From Candidatus Latescibacterota bacterium (GTDB lineage Bacteria > Latescibacterota > UBA2968 > UBA8231), in assembly GCA_965208105.1 (NCBI GenBank), contig OZ242318.1, positions 3,296,001-3,360,000 of the forward strand: a DNA stretch of 64,000 nucleotides, read 5' to 3'. The first letter of the stretch is position 1; each line of letters starts with the position of its first letter. The translations under genes and the position numbers were made by a program. Positions 48,316-57,930 of this stretch are shown here, piece after piece. A model generated the notes under the pieces. That model did no database searches. It was not told where the DNA came from and saw only the letters and a list, made by a program, of their open reading frames with translations.

Positions 48316-50358
48316 ATGGAAACACAGCAGAGCTTTGCTTTCGATGATCCACATTCCCGCACCCGGAGCGAGGGACTGGAGGTCGTCCATGCGTCCGCAA
48401 AGGGTTCGGAGAGATTCGACAGGGAATCTCTGTTCGGAGGTTTTACGGCTATGCGTGCGCTCACTTATACTCCGAGCATCCCTATGATTCTGGGCCTACT
48501 CAGAGATTACGACTACGAGGATTTCGAGTGTACCTTCGGGCACAGCGGCATATTGTCTCGGGACGCTGCCGACCTGTTGGGGTTCCAGTCCGTTGTGGAC
48601 GAAAAACTAAACAAAGGTTTTGTCGGGATCGGAGGTTTGCCCGAAGAACGCAGAAAGATCCTCTATGACCGCGCCGCGGAGGAAAGGGCCCGATTCTTCG
48701 TCGTCAAAGACGCTATAGCCCACGCCAAAATTTACCTTTTGAAAAAAGAAGGATTCAGGAGGGTAGTTGTCGGTTCCGCCAATCTTTCCGAGACCGCCTT
48801 CTCCGGAAGACAGGCCGAGACTTTGATTGTCTTCGACAACGATGAGACGGCATGGGAGCACTATAGCCGCCAGTACGATGCTGTCCGCCAGATTGCTTCG
48901 AGCAAAGTTCCTCTCCGGGAAAAGCCCATCCTTGCAGAGCATTTGCCAATTGAAGAGACTCCTGCACTGAAGCAGGCTGAAAGCAGCAGCGCCGACGTGG
49001 CACTATATGTTCCATCCGAACAGGAGAATGAGCGTGACTTCAGTATCCCTCAGGTTTTGTCCCAGGTGGAGCACATCAGGTCGGTCCGCCGCCGGGCCTT
49101 GGCTGATATTCACCCTGACAAAAAAGGCAATGTCAAGTTCACTGCGAGCATCATCAAACAGATGACTCGAATCCACACATCCAGACATGAGGATGAAGGT
49201 CCGAAGACATACCTCTCATACAACGGCGGCGTCTTTACCCTCTCCGGCAACGAGATTGGCATGGAGGCCGATCCGTCTCAAGTCCGCAGTGATGTCGGAG
49301 CCTGGTTGGAGTTTTTCGGGAATTATGCCAATGGCTTCGTGGGTGATATTCCAAGATTGCAGCGGGATTACTTCACGTTCATGTGCTGGTTCTATTTTTC
49401 GCCCCTGATGTGCGATTTGAGAAATGCCGCACTGCGCCAGAACCGCTTCAGCTTCGACCAGCCGATGTTCGCGGTACTCTATGGGCAAAGCAATTGCGGC
49501 AAGAGCAGCCTGATCGAAACTCTCATGACCTCCATGTTTTCACACCCGAGAATAGTTGAAACCCAATCTTTTACCCGCAGGAATCTTCGCGGTCTGCAAG
49601 AATCCTACAAACGGTTCCCCGTTGTCTTTGATGACGTCTCACGTGAACGGTTCAGCCGCCATGCTCCAGAGATCATCAAGGACGAGGCAATTTATTTTTC
49701 AGAGTATCCTTGTTTCGCCCTTTCCATGAATGCCGATGCGCGCAGCTTTCTACCCGAGATCGTGAAGCGCTGCCTGATGATTTACACGAGGACATCGCTC
49801 CCGGGCGACAACCCTACAGCCCGCCGAAAACTGCAGAGATCGGTCGCGTCAATTCGCGACAGGATGACCACCGCACTGTATAGGGAGTATCTGAGGCAGA
49901 TTGTTGAAGAATTGGATTCCCTGCGTGAATCTAACGCATCGGAAAGCGGTGAAGTGGATGCGCTCGAACTTTCCTCCAGCGTGTTGTGCCGCATCATGGA
50001 GGAGAACCTGCCGCCCGGAGCAAGAATGCCCGACTGGTGTTCTCCGATGACCTTGAGTGAATATCAGAGCCGGGCATTTGAAAGGCCACGCCTTGTCCTG
50101 GGGAATCTCCTGCATCCAGACAGATACAGCGGCCAGCGCAAACCGGCCGCTGGAAGCTGGACCATAACGGGGGATACGGTGATCATAGCGGGTGATATAA
50201 TGGCGTCGAGCCGTATAAAAAGCGACATACCGGACTGGATTCTGGACGATACCGCGAGCGTATCGGACCAGATCACTCTGAAACGCGACCAACTGGAAGA
50301 ATTTCTGGGCAGGCGCATGAGGTCTCCCCGGCGCTGGCTGCGGTTTCTACGAACTTGA
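48316..50358 (+). CDS. PLD-family (NgoFVII/BfiI-like) nuclease domain fused to a P-loop NTPase
   Basis: HAKIYLL...VVVGSANLS..AF...Q.E; Walker A LYGQSNCGKS; Walker B PVVFDD. Confidence 0.78.
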   Translation: METQQSFAFDDPHSRTRSEGLEVVHASAKGSERFDRESLFGGFTAMRALTYTPSIPMILGLLRDYDYEDFECTFGHSGILSRDAADLLGFQSVVDEKLNKGFVGIGGLPEERRKILYDRAAEERARFFVVKDAIAHAKIYLLKKEGFRRVVVGSANLSETAFSGRQAETLIVFDNDETAWEHYSRQYDAVRQIASSKVPLREKPILAEHLPIEETPALKQAESSSADVALYVPSEQENERDFSIPQVLSQVEHIRSVRRRALADIHPDKKGNVKFTASIIKQMTRIHTSRHEDEGPKTYLSYNGGVFTLSGNEIGMEADPSQVRSDVGAWLEFFGNYANGFVGDIPRLQRDYFTFMCWFYFSPLMCDLRNAALRQNRFSFDQPMFAVLYGQSNCGKSSLIETLMTSMFSHPRIVETQSFTRRNLRGLQESYKRFPVVFDDVSRERFSRHAPEIIKDEAIYFSEYPCFALSMNADARSFLPEIVKRCLMIYTRTSLPGDNPTARRKLQRSVASIRDRMTTALYREYLRQIVEELDSLRESNASESGEVDALELSSSVLCRIMEENLPPGARMPDWCSPMTLSEYQSRAFERPRLVLGNLLHPDRYSGQRKPAAGSWTITGDTVIIAGDIMASSRIKSDIPDWILDDTASVSDQITLKRDQLEEFLGRRMRSPRRWLRFLRT

Positions 50359-50564
50359 ATCGATTCTGACGTGGCCAGGCGCATACAAGAAATCCGGTCG
50401 ACAAACGCCGGCGGATTCCCTGGTAATCGCGAATTCGGCTACTCGCGAAGTGGTCTGCAACTGTGCAGGATTGTTAAAGGCAAACAGCTTAATCTGTGAA
50501 TTAGATGCCTTTACGCAGGAGAAAGGCGGAAAAAAGTATAAATGTCAGAGAAAAAGGAGATTTG

Positions 50565-50854
50565 ATGGACTACCTCGCGGAAAAAAACCTCAAGAAGACC
50601 AGGGAACTATGGGAAAAGCTTGCCAGTGAGCGGGAGTTGGTCATCACCCCAGGGATGGCAAACCTTTGGCCATGATGATCAGCATCTCTACTGAGACCGT
50701 AGAGGAGTCTCTGGCGGAGATTCGTCGGACGCTCTTTTCGGCCGCCATAAGGAGGGTTCGGAAGAGGGCTGAAAGGGAGGGGATACCGGACGACGCCGCG
50801 ATAGCAGCAGAGATCGATCAGAGTAGAAAGGGACGTGGTCTGTTTGAAAAATAG
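50565..50854 (+). pseudogene. Frameshifted Phd/YefM-type antitoxin with no adjacent toxin
   Basis: AAGGAG RBS, then MDYLAEKNLKKTRELWEKLASERELVIT; frame change at ACCCC (50646-50650); then RDGKPLAMMISIS...I.AEI...R. Confidence 0.65.
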
Positions 50855-50863
50855 TGGATTAGA

Positions 50864-52060
50864 GTGATAAACCACGACACCATCATCAAATTACGCGCTG
50901 CGGGTCTGGTCCTGCCGCTGCTGGCTTTCATCGGCCTGACCTTCATCGCGCCGCTGGCGACGATGCTGGTGCGCAGTGTTTACGATCCGGTGGTGGCGGA
51001 GGCGCTCCCCGGGACCCTCGCTCTGCTGCGCCAATGGGACGGGGAGGGGACGCCGGGAGAGGCGGTGTACGAGGCCGCCGCCAGGGAGCTGGTCAAGGCG
51101 AGGGCGGAGCGCACCCTGGGCCAGGTCGCCACCCGCGTCAACCGGGTGCAGGGAGGTCTGCGCAGCGTCCTGACCCGCAGTGCGCGGAAGCTGCAGAAGG
51201 TAAGCGAGGGGCCCTGGCGCGAGGCCATGATCGGGATGGATGCCGCCTGGGCCGAGGGGCAGACCTGGCACGCCATCCGCCGCACCGGAGATCGTTTCAC
51301 CCTGCGGCACTATCTCAACGCCCTCGACCTGCAACGGCTGCCCGACGGCTCCATCGGCGGCCAACCCGAGGAGCGCCGCATCTACCTTTCCCTCCTGTGG
51401 CGCACCTTGCTGGTGAGCCTTGGCATCACCGCCCTGTGCCTGCTGCTGGGATATCCCATCGCCCACCTGATCGCCCACGCCCCGCCCCGGCGCTCCAACC
51501 TTCTCCTCGCCCTGGTGCTGGTCCCGTTCTGGACCTCGCTGCTGGTGCGCACCACCTCCTGGATCGTCCTGCTCCAGAACCAGGGCGTGCTCAACAATGC
51601 CATGGTGGCCCTGGGGCTGATCGGCGACGACGGCCGGCTCGCCATGATCTACAACATGACCGGCACCTTCGTGGCCATGACCCACGTGCTGCTGCCCTTC
51701 ATGGTGCTGCCCCTCTACTCGATCATGCGCGCCATCCCCCCGGTCCAGATGAGCGCCGCCGCCTCCCTGGGAGCGAGTCACCTGCAGGCCTTCGTGCGCG
51801 TCTACTGGCCGCAGACCCTGCCCGGGGTGGGAGCCGGCTCCCTGCTGGTGTTCATCCTCGCCATCGGCTACTACATCACCCCCGCGCTGGTGGGCGGCAG
51901 CCGCGGCCAGCTTATTTCCAACATGATCGCCTACCACATGCAGACCTCGCTCAACTGGGCCCTGGCCGCCGCCCTGGGCGGCCTGCTGCTGGTGTGCGTG
52001 ATGGCCCTGTACTGGCTCTACGACCGCCTGGTGGGGGTCGAAGGCATGAGGCTGGGCTGA
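50864..52060 (+). CDS. Polyamine-type ABC permease (PotB-like)
   Basis: LGYPIA, PFWTSLLVRT..W, HVLLPFMVLPLYS, AA.SLGA and YYITPALVGG. Confidence 0.92.
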   Translation: MINHDTIIKLRAAGLVLPLLAFIGLTFIAPLATMLVRSVYDPVVAEALPGTLALLRQWDGEGTPGEAVYEAAARELVKARAERTLGQVATRVNRVQGGLRSVLTRSARKLQKVSEGPWREAMIGMDAAWAEGQTWHAIRRTGDRFTLRHYLNALDLQRLPDGSIGGQPEERRIYLSLLWRTLLVSLGITALCLLLGYPIAHLIAHAPPRRSNLLLALVLVPFWTSLLVRTTSWIVLLQNQGVLNNAMVALGLIGDDGRLAMIYNMTGTFVAMTHVLLPFMVLPLYSIMRAIPPVQMSAAASLGASHLQAFVRVYWPQTLPGVGAGSLLVFILAIGYYITPALVGGSRGQLISNMIAYHMQTSLNWALAAALGGLLLVCVMALYWLYDRLVGVEGMRLG

Positions 52061-52061
52061 A

Positions 52062-52895
52062 ATGATGGAGCAGGGGCTGGGGCCGCGAATTGGCAGATTC
52101 TGCTACCTGGGGCTGTGCGCCGCGGTTTTCGCCTTCCTGGTCGCGCCGATTCTGGTGATCGTTCCCCTGAGCTTCAACGCCGAGCCCTATTTCACCTTCA
52201 CCGAAGGCATGCTGCGCCTCGATCCGGAGGCCTACTCGCTGCGCTGGTACCGGCAGATCGTCGAGGAGGATGCCTGGACCCGGGCGCTGGCCAACAGCCT
52301 GATCATCGGGGCGGCCTCCACGGCGCTGGCGACCGCGCTGGGCACCCTCGCCTCCCTGGGGCTTTCCAGCGCCGCCATGCCGGCTCGCCGCCTGGCCATG
52401 GGTCTGCTGATCTCGCCGATGGTGACCCCGGTGATCATCTCGGCGGCGGGCATGTTCTTCTTCTACTCCAGCCTGGGTCTGGCCCAGTCGTACTTCGGAC
52501 TGATCCTGGCACACGCCGCCCTGGGCACGCCCTTCGTGGTGATCACGGTAACCGCCACTCTGTCCGCCTTCGATGCCAATCTGACCCGCGCCGCCGCCAG
52601 CCTGGGGGCGGGACCGCTGCGCACCTTCCGCAGCGTGCAGCTGCCGCTGATCGCGCCGGGGGTCGTCTCCGGGGCCCTGTTCGCCTTCGCCACCTCGTTC
52701 GACGAAGTGGTGGTGGTGCTCTTCATGGCCGGGGTGGAGCAGCGCACCATCCCGCGCCAGATGTGGGCGGGCATCCGCGAGCAGATCAGCCCCACCATCC
52801 TGGCCGTGGCGACCTTCCTGATCGTCTTCGCGGTGTTGCTGCTGTTCGTGGTCGAATGGCTGCGCCGGCGGTCGAGTGCGGGTGCGGCCGCTTGA
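52062..52895 (+). CDS. Polyamine-type ABC permease (PotC-like)
   Basis: SLRWY, SPMVTPVII, AH..LG.PFV, AAASLGA and FATSFDEVVV. Confidence 0.92.
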   Translation: MMEQGLGPRIGRFCYLGLCAAVFAFLVAPILVIVPLSFNAEPYFTFTEGMLRLDPEAYSLRWYRQIVEEDAWTRALANSLIIGAASTALATALGTLASLGLSSAAMPARRLAMGLLISPMVTPVIISAAGMFFFYSSLGLAQSYFGLILAHAALGTPFVVITVTATLSAFDANLTRAAASLGAGPLRTFRSVQLPLIAPGVVSGALFAFATSFDEVVVVLFMAGVEQRTIPRQMWAGIREQISPTILAVATFLIVFAVLLLFVVEWLRRRSSAGAAA

Positions 52896-52934
52896 GCTAC
52901 TCTTCCGGTGCCCCCTGGCGAGAACTACCGGGCG

Positions 52935-54551
52935 TCAGGCGTCGAGCAGCGTTCTGGCGGCCTGGCGCGCCTCGTCCAGGGTTGCGACGATGCGCTCCGG
53001 CGGAACGTTCCGCAGGATGTCGAGGGTTTGCAGGGTATTCTCCACCGAGCCGGAGAGGCCCATCACGATGCATTCGGTCTTCTCTCCCCTGGCCACCCCA
53101 AGGAGTTGCTCGATGACCATGGCGGCGCTGTCGTCCAGGTAGGAGGCTTCCGAGAAGTCGAAGATGACGGCCTCGTGGTCCTTGATGTCGGCGCCGATCA
53201 CCCCGACCAGCTTGTTGGACGAGGCCACGGTGAGCCGCCCCCTCAGGGCAACGAGACCTACCCGGGCGGCGAAGGGGTCTTCTGCGGCAGCCTCTTTCTT
53301 CTCGGCCAGAAAGGTCTGGTCGAGCATGGGCACGGAGACCACGCTGTCGAGTTCCAGGCCTTCCAACTGGCGGGAGTTGGCCATGCCCGCTGCGATCAGT
53401 CCTATCGCCACGGCGGTTACCAGGTCGACGAACACCGTGAGGCTCAGGGTGATCATCATTACCAGAAGGTGCTCGCGCCGGATGCGGTGGACCCGGGTGA
53501 GAAGGCGCCAGTCAATAATGTCCCAGCCGACCTTCATGAGAATGCCGGCCAGAACCGCATGGGGTATGGGCTCCACAAATCGGCCCAGTCCGAGCAGCAG
53601 CCCCAGCAGAATCAGCGCGCGCATCGCGCCGGAAACCGGGGTCCGCCCGCCGGCGCGGATGTTGACCACGGTGCCCATGGTTGCCCCGGCGCCAGGCAGG
53701 CCCCCGAACAGTCCGGCAACCATGTTGCCGATGCCCTGGCCCACCAGCTCCCGGTTGGGGTTGTGGCGAGTACCGGTGAGGGAGTCGGCTATCAGGGAGG
53801 TCAGGAGGCTGTCTATGGAACCCAGCAGGGCGAGGATGACAGCGGGCTCCAGGGCCCTGGCCAGGAAGCTGGCCGAAGGCAGGGAGAGCTGCAGGCTCGG
53901 CAGGGTGGTCGGAATGGGTCCGATTATCGGTGCGTTGCTCAGCCACAGCACTCCCAGCATGGTGCCGACAACCAGCGCCATCAGAGGAGCGGGAAGGTAT
54001 TTCGAGAAGCGGCGGGGCCAGAGCACTCCCACCGCGAGAGTGACGGCGGCTATGGCGAAGGCACTGGTGTTGATCTGGGCTGCAGCCTCGGGCAGGGCGG
54101 CAATCGCGCCCATAGGTCCGCCCGACGCGGTGGGCGCTCCAAGGAACGGCAGGGCCTGAATCAGCATGATGATGATGCCGATGCCGGACATGAACCCGGA
54201 AATGACCACGTAGGGAGTATAGGCCACAAAGCGGCCGATTCTCAACAACCCGAGGAGGACCTGCAGCAGGCCTCCCAGAACAACCACAGTCAAAGCTTCG
54301 GTGAGGGTGGAGGCGTGGGTGGTGACGATGACTGCCATGGCGACGGTCATCGGACCCGTAGGACCGGAAATCTGGGACCGCGTACCGCCGAACACCGAGG
54401 CGAAAAAGCCCACGGCAATGGCGCCGTACAAGCCTGCGGCGGCCCCCAGACCCGACGCTACTCCGAAGGCCAGGGCCACTGGCAGCGCCACCACGGTGGC
54501 GGTCAGGCCGCCGAAGAGATCCCCCCGCAGGGTATGGAAATCGTATTTCAT
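52935..54551 (-). CDS. SulP-family anion transporter with a C-terminal STAS domain
   Basis: GDLFGGL...VVALP.ALAFG..SG, SGPTGPM, ELVGQGIGN and FDFS...YLDDSA. Confidence 0.94.
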   Translation of the reverse strand: MKYDFHTLRGDLFGGLTATVVALPVALAFGVASGLGAAAGLYGAIAVGFFASVFGGTRSQISGPTGPMTVAMAVIVTTHASTLTEALTVVVLGGLLQVLLGLLRIGRFVAYTPYVVISGFMSGIGIIIMLIQALPFLGAPTASGGPMGAIAALPEAAAQINTSAFAIAAVTLAVGVLWPRRFSKYLPAPLMALVVGTMLGVLWLSNAPIIGPIPTTLPSLQLSLPSASFLARALEPAVILALLGSIDSLLTSLIADSLTGTRHNPNRELVGQGIGNMVAGLFGGLPGAGATMGTVVNIRAGGRTPVSGAMRALILLGLLLGLGRFVEPIPHAVLAGILMKVGWDIIDWRLLTRVHRIRREHLLVMMITLSLTVFVDLVTAVAIGLIAAGMANSRQLEGLELDSVVSVPMLDQTFLAEKKEAAAEDPFAARVGLVALRGRLTVASSNKLVGVIGADIKDHEAVIFDFSEASYLDDSAAMVIEQLLGVARGEKTECIVMGLSGSVENTLQTLDILRNVPPERIVATLDEARQAARTLLDA

Positions 54552-54761
54552 GGAATGGTCTCCTTACAGTGGCTGGAGCGCGCCGGACCGGAGCAAGGCG
54601 AAGGAATAATTCACCTCCATGATTCAGGCCGGGTATATTCCGGATGAACGGGACCCGGCCGATTCCATCCGGCCAGGCAAATGGGAATTAATGCCACGTT
54701 CTCCGGTGACGCAACAACTTCGCAGCCTTCTCCCTCCGTTGGCGGACTGGAGAGGATGTGC

Positions 54762-54789
54762 TTGACTCTCAGGTCGTATATGGTATTTT
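54762..54789 (+). promoter_or_regulatory. Putative sigma70 promoter for the GPP34 gene
   Basis: TTGACT-16 bp-TATTTT with an extended -10 TG. Confidence 0.45.
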
Positions 54790-54810
54790 CCAACGAAAAA
54801 GGAATGGACG

Positions 54811-55467
54811 ATGCTGAGGTTCCCTGAAGAGCTCATGCTGCTGATCCTCGACGATGAGAACGGGAAATTCGCCCACGTTCCCGAGCGCCACCTGCGCTAC
54901 GCGATGGCGGGTGGAGTCCTCATGGACCTTGCCCTGGAGAACCGCATCGACACGGACCTGAAGCAGCTTATCCTCGTCGATTCGAGTCCGGTCGGGGACA
55001 GTCTGCTCGACCCGACCCTCGCGGATATTTCTCAGGAAACCGGGAGCCACGATGCGCGCTTCTGGGTGGAGCGCACTGCATTCCAGAGCGCCGACGCGAT
55101 TCGCGAAGAGGCGCTCGACCGGCTGGTGGAGCGCGGAATTCTGAAGCGCCAGGACGACAGGTTTCTGTGGGTCTTCCGGTCTCGGCGGTACCCGGTCATA
55201 GATGACCGGGCAGAACGGGAGGTCAAGCTCAGGATCATGGAAATTCTGTTCAGCGACGAGCTTCCCGACCCGCGCGATGTTGTGATCATCGGGCTGGCGC
55301 ATGCCTGCAACCTGTTCAGGCAGATTCTGTCTGCTCGTGAGTTGGAGCATGTTGCTCCTCGCATCGATCAAGTGCGCCGGCTCGACCTGATCGGCCAGGC
55401 CATGTCCCAGGCCATAACCGATATTGAAGTGTCACTTGCCCTCGCGGTGCAGATGAGGCCATATTAG
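54811..55467 (+). CDS. GPP34/GOLPH3 (Vps74)-family protein
   Basis: EELMLLILDDE.G, AGGVLMDLAL..RI, LLD..L, LV..GIL and LWVF...RYP. Confidence 0.82.
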   Translation: MLRFPEELMLLILDDENGKFAHVPERHLRYAMAGGVLMDLALENRIDTDLKQLILVDSSPVGDSLLDPTLADISQETGSHDARFWVERTAFQSADAIREEALDRLVERGILKRQDDRFLWVFRSRRYPVIDDRAEREVKLRIMEILFSDELPDPRDVVIIGLAHACNLFRQILSARELEHVAPRIDQVRRLDLIGQAMSQAITDIEVSLALAVQMRPY

Positions 55468-55658
55468 CCTTTGCCACAGGACGGGGCTCTGCAGGTTTCG
55501 CGGCGTGCCCCGGGCAGGATCCAGGGCCCGTATTGTTGGTTGGAGGGGTCAGTGGCCGGCAGGCAAGCAGGCGGGGGTGAAACCGCGCTTGCCGTCAGGG
55601 ATTTTCCGGAGAATTGGAATCAGGTCGTCAATCATTCATCAAGGGAGACTTGGGAAAG

Positions 55659-55991
55659 ATGGAAATTAAGGTCGAACGCGAGAACGGCACTCTGATCGCC
55701 CAGGTGGAAGGCCGGGTCGATAGTGCCAATGCCCGCGAATTCGAACAGGTACTCACTGAAGCCATCGGCGATGCCCAGGCCGTGGTCGTCGATTTCGAGG
55801 GTCTTTCCTACATCAGCAGCTCGGGCCTCCGCGTCCTTCTGCTGGTGGCCAAGACCTTGCGGCAGCGGTCGGCCAACCTGGCCCTGTGCGCCCTTTCGGA
55901 GTCGATCCGGGAAGTTTTCGAGATCAGTGGCTTCGACAAGATTATTGAGATTCACGATACCCGCGCCGAGGCCCTGGCAGCACAAGGCTAG
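55659..55991 (+). CDS. STAS anti-sigma-factor antagonist (RsbV/SpoIIAA-like), copy 1
   Basis: GRVDS, DF..LSYISSSGLRVLL and EVFEISGF. Confidence 0.92.
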   Translation: MEIKVERENGTLIAQVEGRVDSANAREFEQVLTEAIGDAQAVVVDFEGLSYISSSGLRVLLLVAKTLRQRSANLALCALSESIREVFEISGFDKIIEIHDTRAEALAAQG

Positions 55992-56259
55992 TGCCCCCGG
56001 CGCAATCCAGGATGCCGCCCGGGACCCCGGGTGAGCCCGAACAGGCGCTTCCTCGAGGATGCAGTGGGAGTGGCCTTCCGCTGATCGAACAGGGGCTGCT
56101 GAATCAGGCGGACATCCGGCGGGGAGGGCGCAGGAAGCTGCCGCCGACCGCTCCCCGAGACCTTTTCATCCCCAGAATCATGTCCCTTATCCTCTTCCCC
56201 TCCGATTACTTCCAGGCCATACAACCCATCTGGCGCCGCAGCGCCCGGAGTTGAACCCA

Positions 56260-57426
56260 ATGGAAACGTCTTACAAGATCCTCGTAGTGGACGACGAACC
56301 CGACCTCGAACATCTCGTGCGGCAGCGCATGCGCCGCGACGTTCGCGCCGGACGCTACTCTTTCACCTTTGCCCACAACGGCGTCGAGGCACTGGAACGG
56401 CTCAACGAGGAGCCGGACATAGACATGGTGCTCACCGACATCAATATGCCCCAGATGGACGGGCTCACCCTGCTCGAGCAGATCCCCAAGGTCGACCCGG
56501 ACATCCGTTCCGTGATCGTCTCGGCATATGGAGACATGAAGAACATCCGCACCGCAATGAACCGCGGCGCCTTCGACTTTGTCACCAAGCCCATAGATTT
56601 CCAGGATCTGCGCGTCACCATCGACCGCACCTTGCACCACCTTACCCTTTGGCGCGAAGCCCTGGCCTCCCGCGACAAGCTGGTGGCGCTGCAGAACGAG
56701 CTGCACGTGGCCAGCCAGATGCAGCAGTCGATTCTGCCCACCAGCTTTCCCGAGCGTCCCGGCTGTCAGGTCTTCGGCAACATGGAGCCCGCCCGCGAGG
56801 TGGGAGGAGACTTCTTCGATGTAATAAGCCTGGAGCACGGCCGTCTCGGGCTGGCTATCGCCGACGTCTCCGACAAGGGTGTTCCCGCGGCGTTGTTCAT
56901 GATGTCAAGCCGCACCCTGCTCAAGGGAGCGGCCATTGGAGACTCGAATCCGGGAACGGTGCTGGCGGAGGCCAACCGGCTGCTTGAGCAGGAAAACGAA
57001 GCCTCCCTGTTCGTCACCATGTTTTACGCAGTGTTCGACCCTGAGAGCGGCGAACTGGTGTACGCCAACGGCGGGCACAATCCACCGTTGATTCTCCACC
57101 CTGACGGCAGTTCGACTCTGCTGCCCTCCACCTCGGGGATCGCCCTGGGATTGCTGCCGGACTTCGACTACGAGCAGGACACCGTCATCCTGTCGGCCGG
57201 CGATATTCTCGTGCTCTACACGGACGGCGTCACCGAGGCCATGAACAGCGACGACGAGGAGTTCGGGCTGGAGCGCCTGCACCAGGTGCTGGCCGAAGCG
57301 CCGCAGGAGGACGCCCGCGCGGCCAATCAGGCTGTTTTCGCCGCAGTGGGGGAGTTCGCCGGGGAAAGGCCGCAGTTCGACGACATCACCTGCGTGACCT
57401 TGCGCTACAGCGGCCAGGGCCAATGA
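56260..57426 (+). CDS. Receiver domain plus PP2C/SpoIIE phosphatase (RsbU/RsbP-like)
   Basis: ILVVDDE, TDINMP.MDG and FVTKP; EVGGDFFD, ADVSDKG, NGGH, YTDGVTEA and DDIT. Confidence 0.94.
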   Translation: METSYKILVVDDEPDLEHLVRQRMRRDVRAGRYSFTFAHNGVEALERLNEEPDIDMVLTDINMPQMDGLTLLEQIPKVDPDIRSVIVSAYGDMKNIRTAMNRGAFDFVTKPIDFQDLRVTIDRTLHHLTLWREALASRDKLVALQNELHVASQMQQSILPTSFPERPGCQVFGNMEPAREVGGDFFDVISLEHGRLGLAIADVSDKGVPAALFMMSSRTLLKGAAIGDSNPGTVLAEANRLLEQENEASLFVTMFYAVFDPESGELVYANGGHNPPLILHPDGSSTLLPSTSGIALGLLPDFDYEQDTVILSAGDILVLYTDGVTEAMNSDDEEFGLERLHQVLAEAPQEDARAANQAVFAAVGEFAGERPQFDDITCVTLRYSGQGQ

Positions 57427-57845
57427 GCACAAAGAGGTCGCTGCGGATCGCGACGGATCTCGGCGAGCTGGAGCGCATCCAGGCCGCAGTGGAAGAGCTG
57501 GAACAGGAGGCGGGCTGGACGCCCGACTTCGTCTACCAGGTCAACCTCGCTCTCGAGGAGCTGGTCGTAAACGTCATCAACTACGGCCACGGCGGCGACC
57601 CCAATCACGAAATCGAGGTGGTCTTCGACTGGGACGCGGACAGGCTCACCATCGAGATGGTGGACGACGCACCTGCCTTCAATCCCCTGGAAGATGCCCC
57701 CGACCCCGATCTGGCCTCGGAGCTGGAAGAGCGGCACGTGGGCGGCCTGGGAATCTACCTGGTCCACACCCTGATGGACGAGTTGAACTACAGGCGCGAG
57801 CGGGACCGCAATCATCTGACACTGATCAAGCGCGTGAAGGGTTGA
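57423..57845 (+). CDS. RsbW/SpoIIAB-like anti-sigma Ser kinase, copy 1
   Basis: LALEELVVNVINYG, DDAPAFNP and GGLGIYLV; ATGA overlap with the phosphatase. Confidence 0.92.
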   Translation: MSTKRSLRIATDLGELERIQAAVEELEQEAGWTPDFVYQVNLALEELVVNVINYGHGGDPNHEIEVVFDWDADRLTIEMVDDAPAFNPLEDAPDPDLASELEERHVGGLGIYLVHTLMDELNYRRERDRNHLTLIKRVKG

Positions 57846-57930
57846 GCAAGGGGTTCACCTTGCCCATCTCTCCTCTTCCGCACCCTCGTTGAAGAGTCTG
57901 GCAGCCCATTGAGAAAGTCCATCCGGGCTG

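Noticed and set aside
52908-54647. 579-aa plus-strand ORF
   Set aside because: Antisense shadow of the SulP transporter gene
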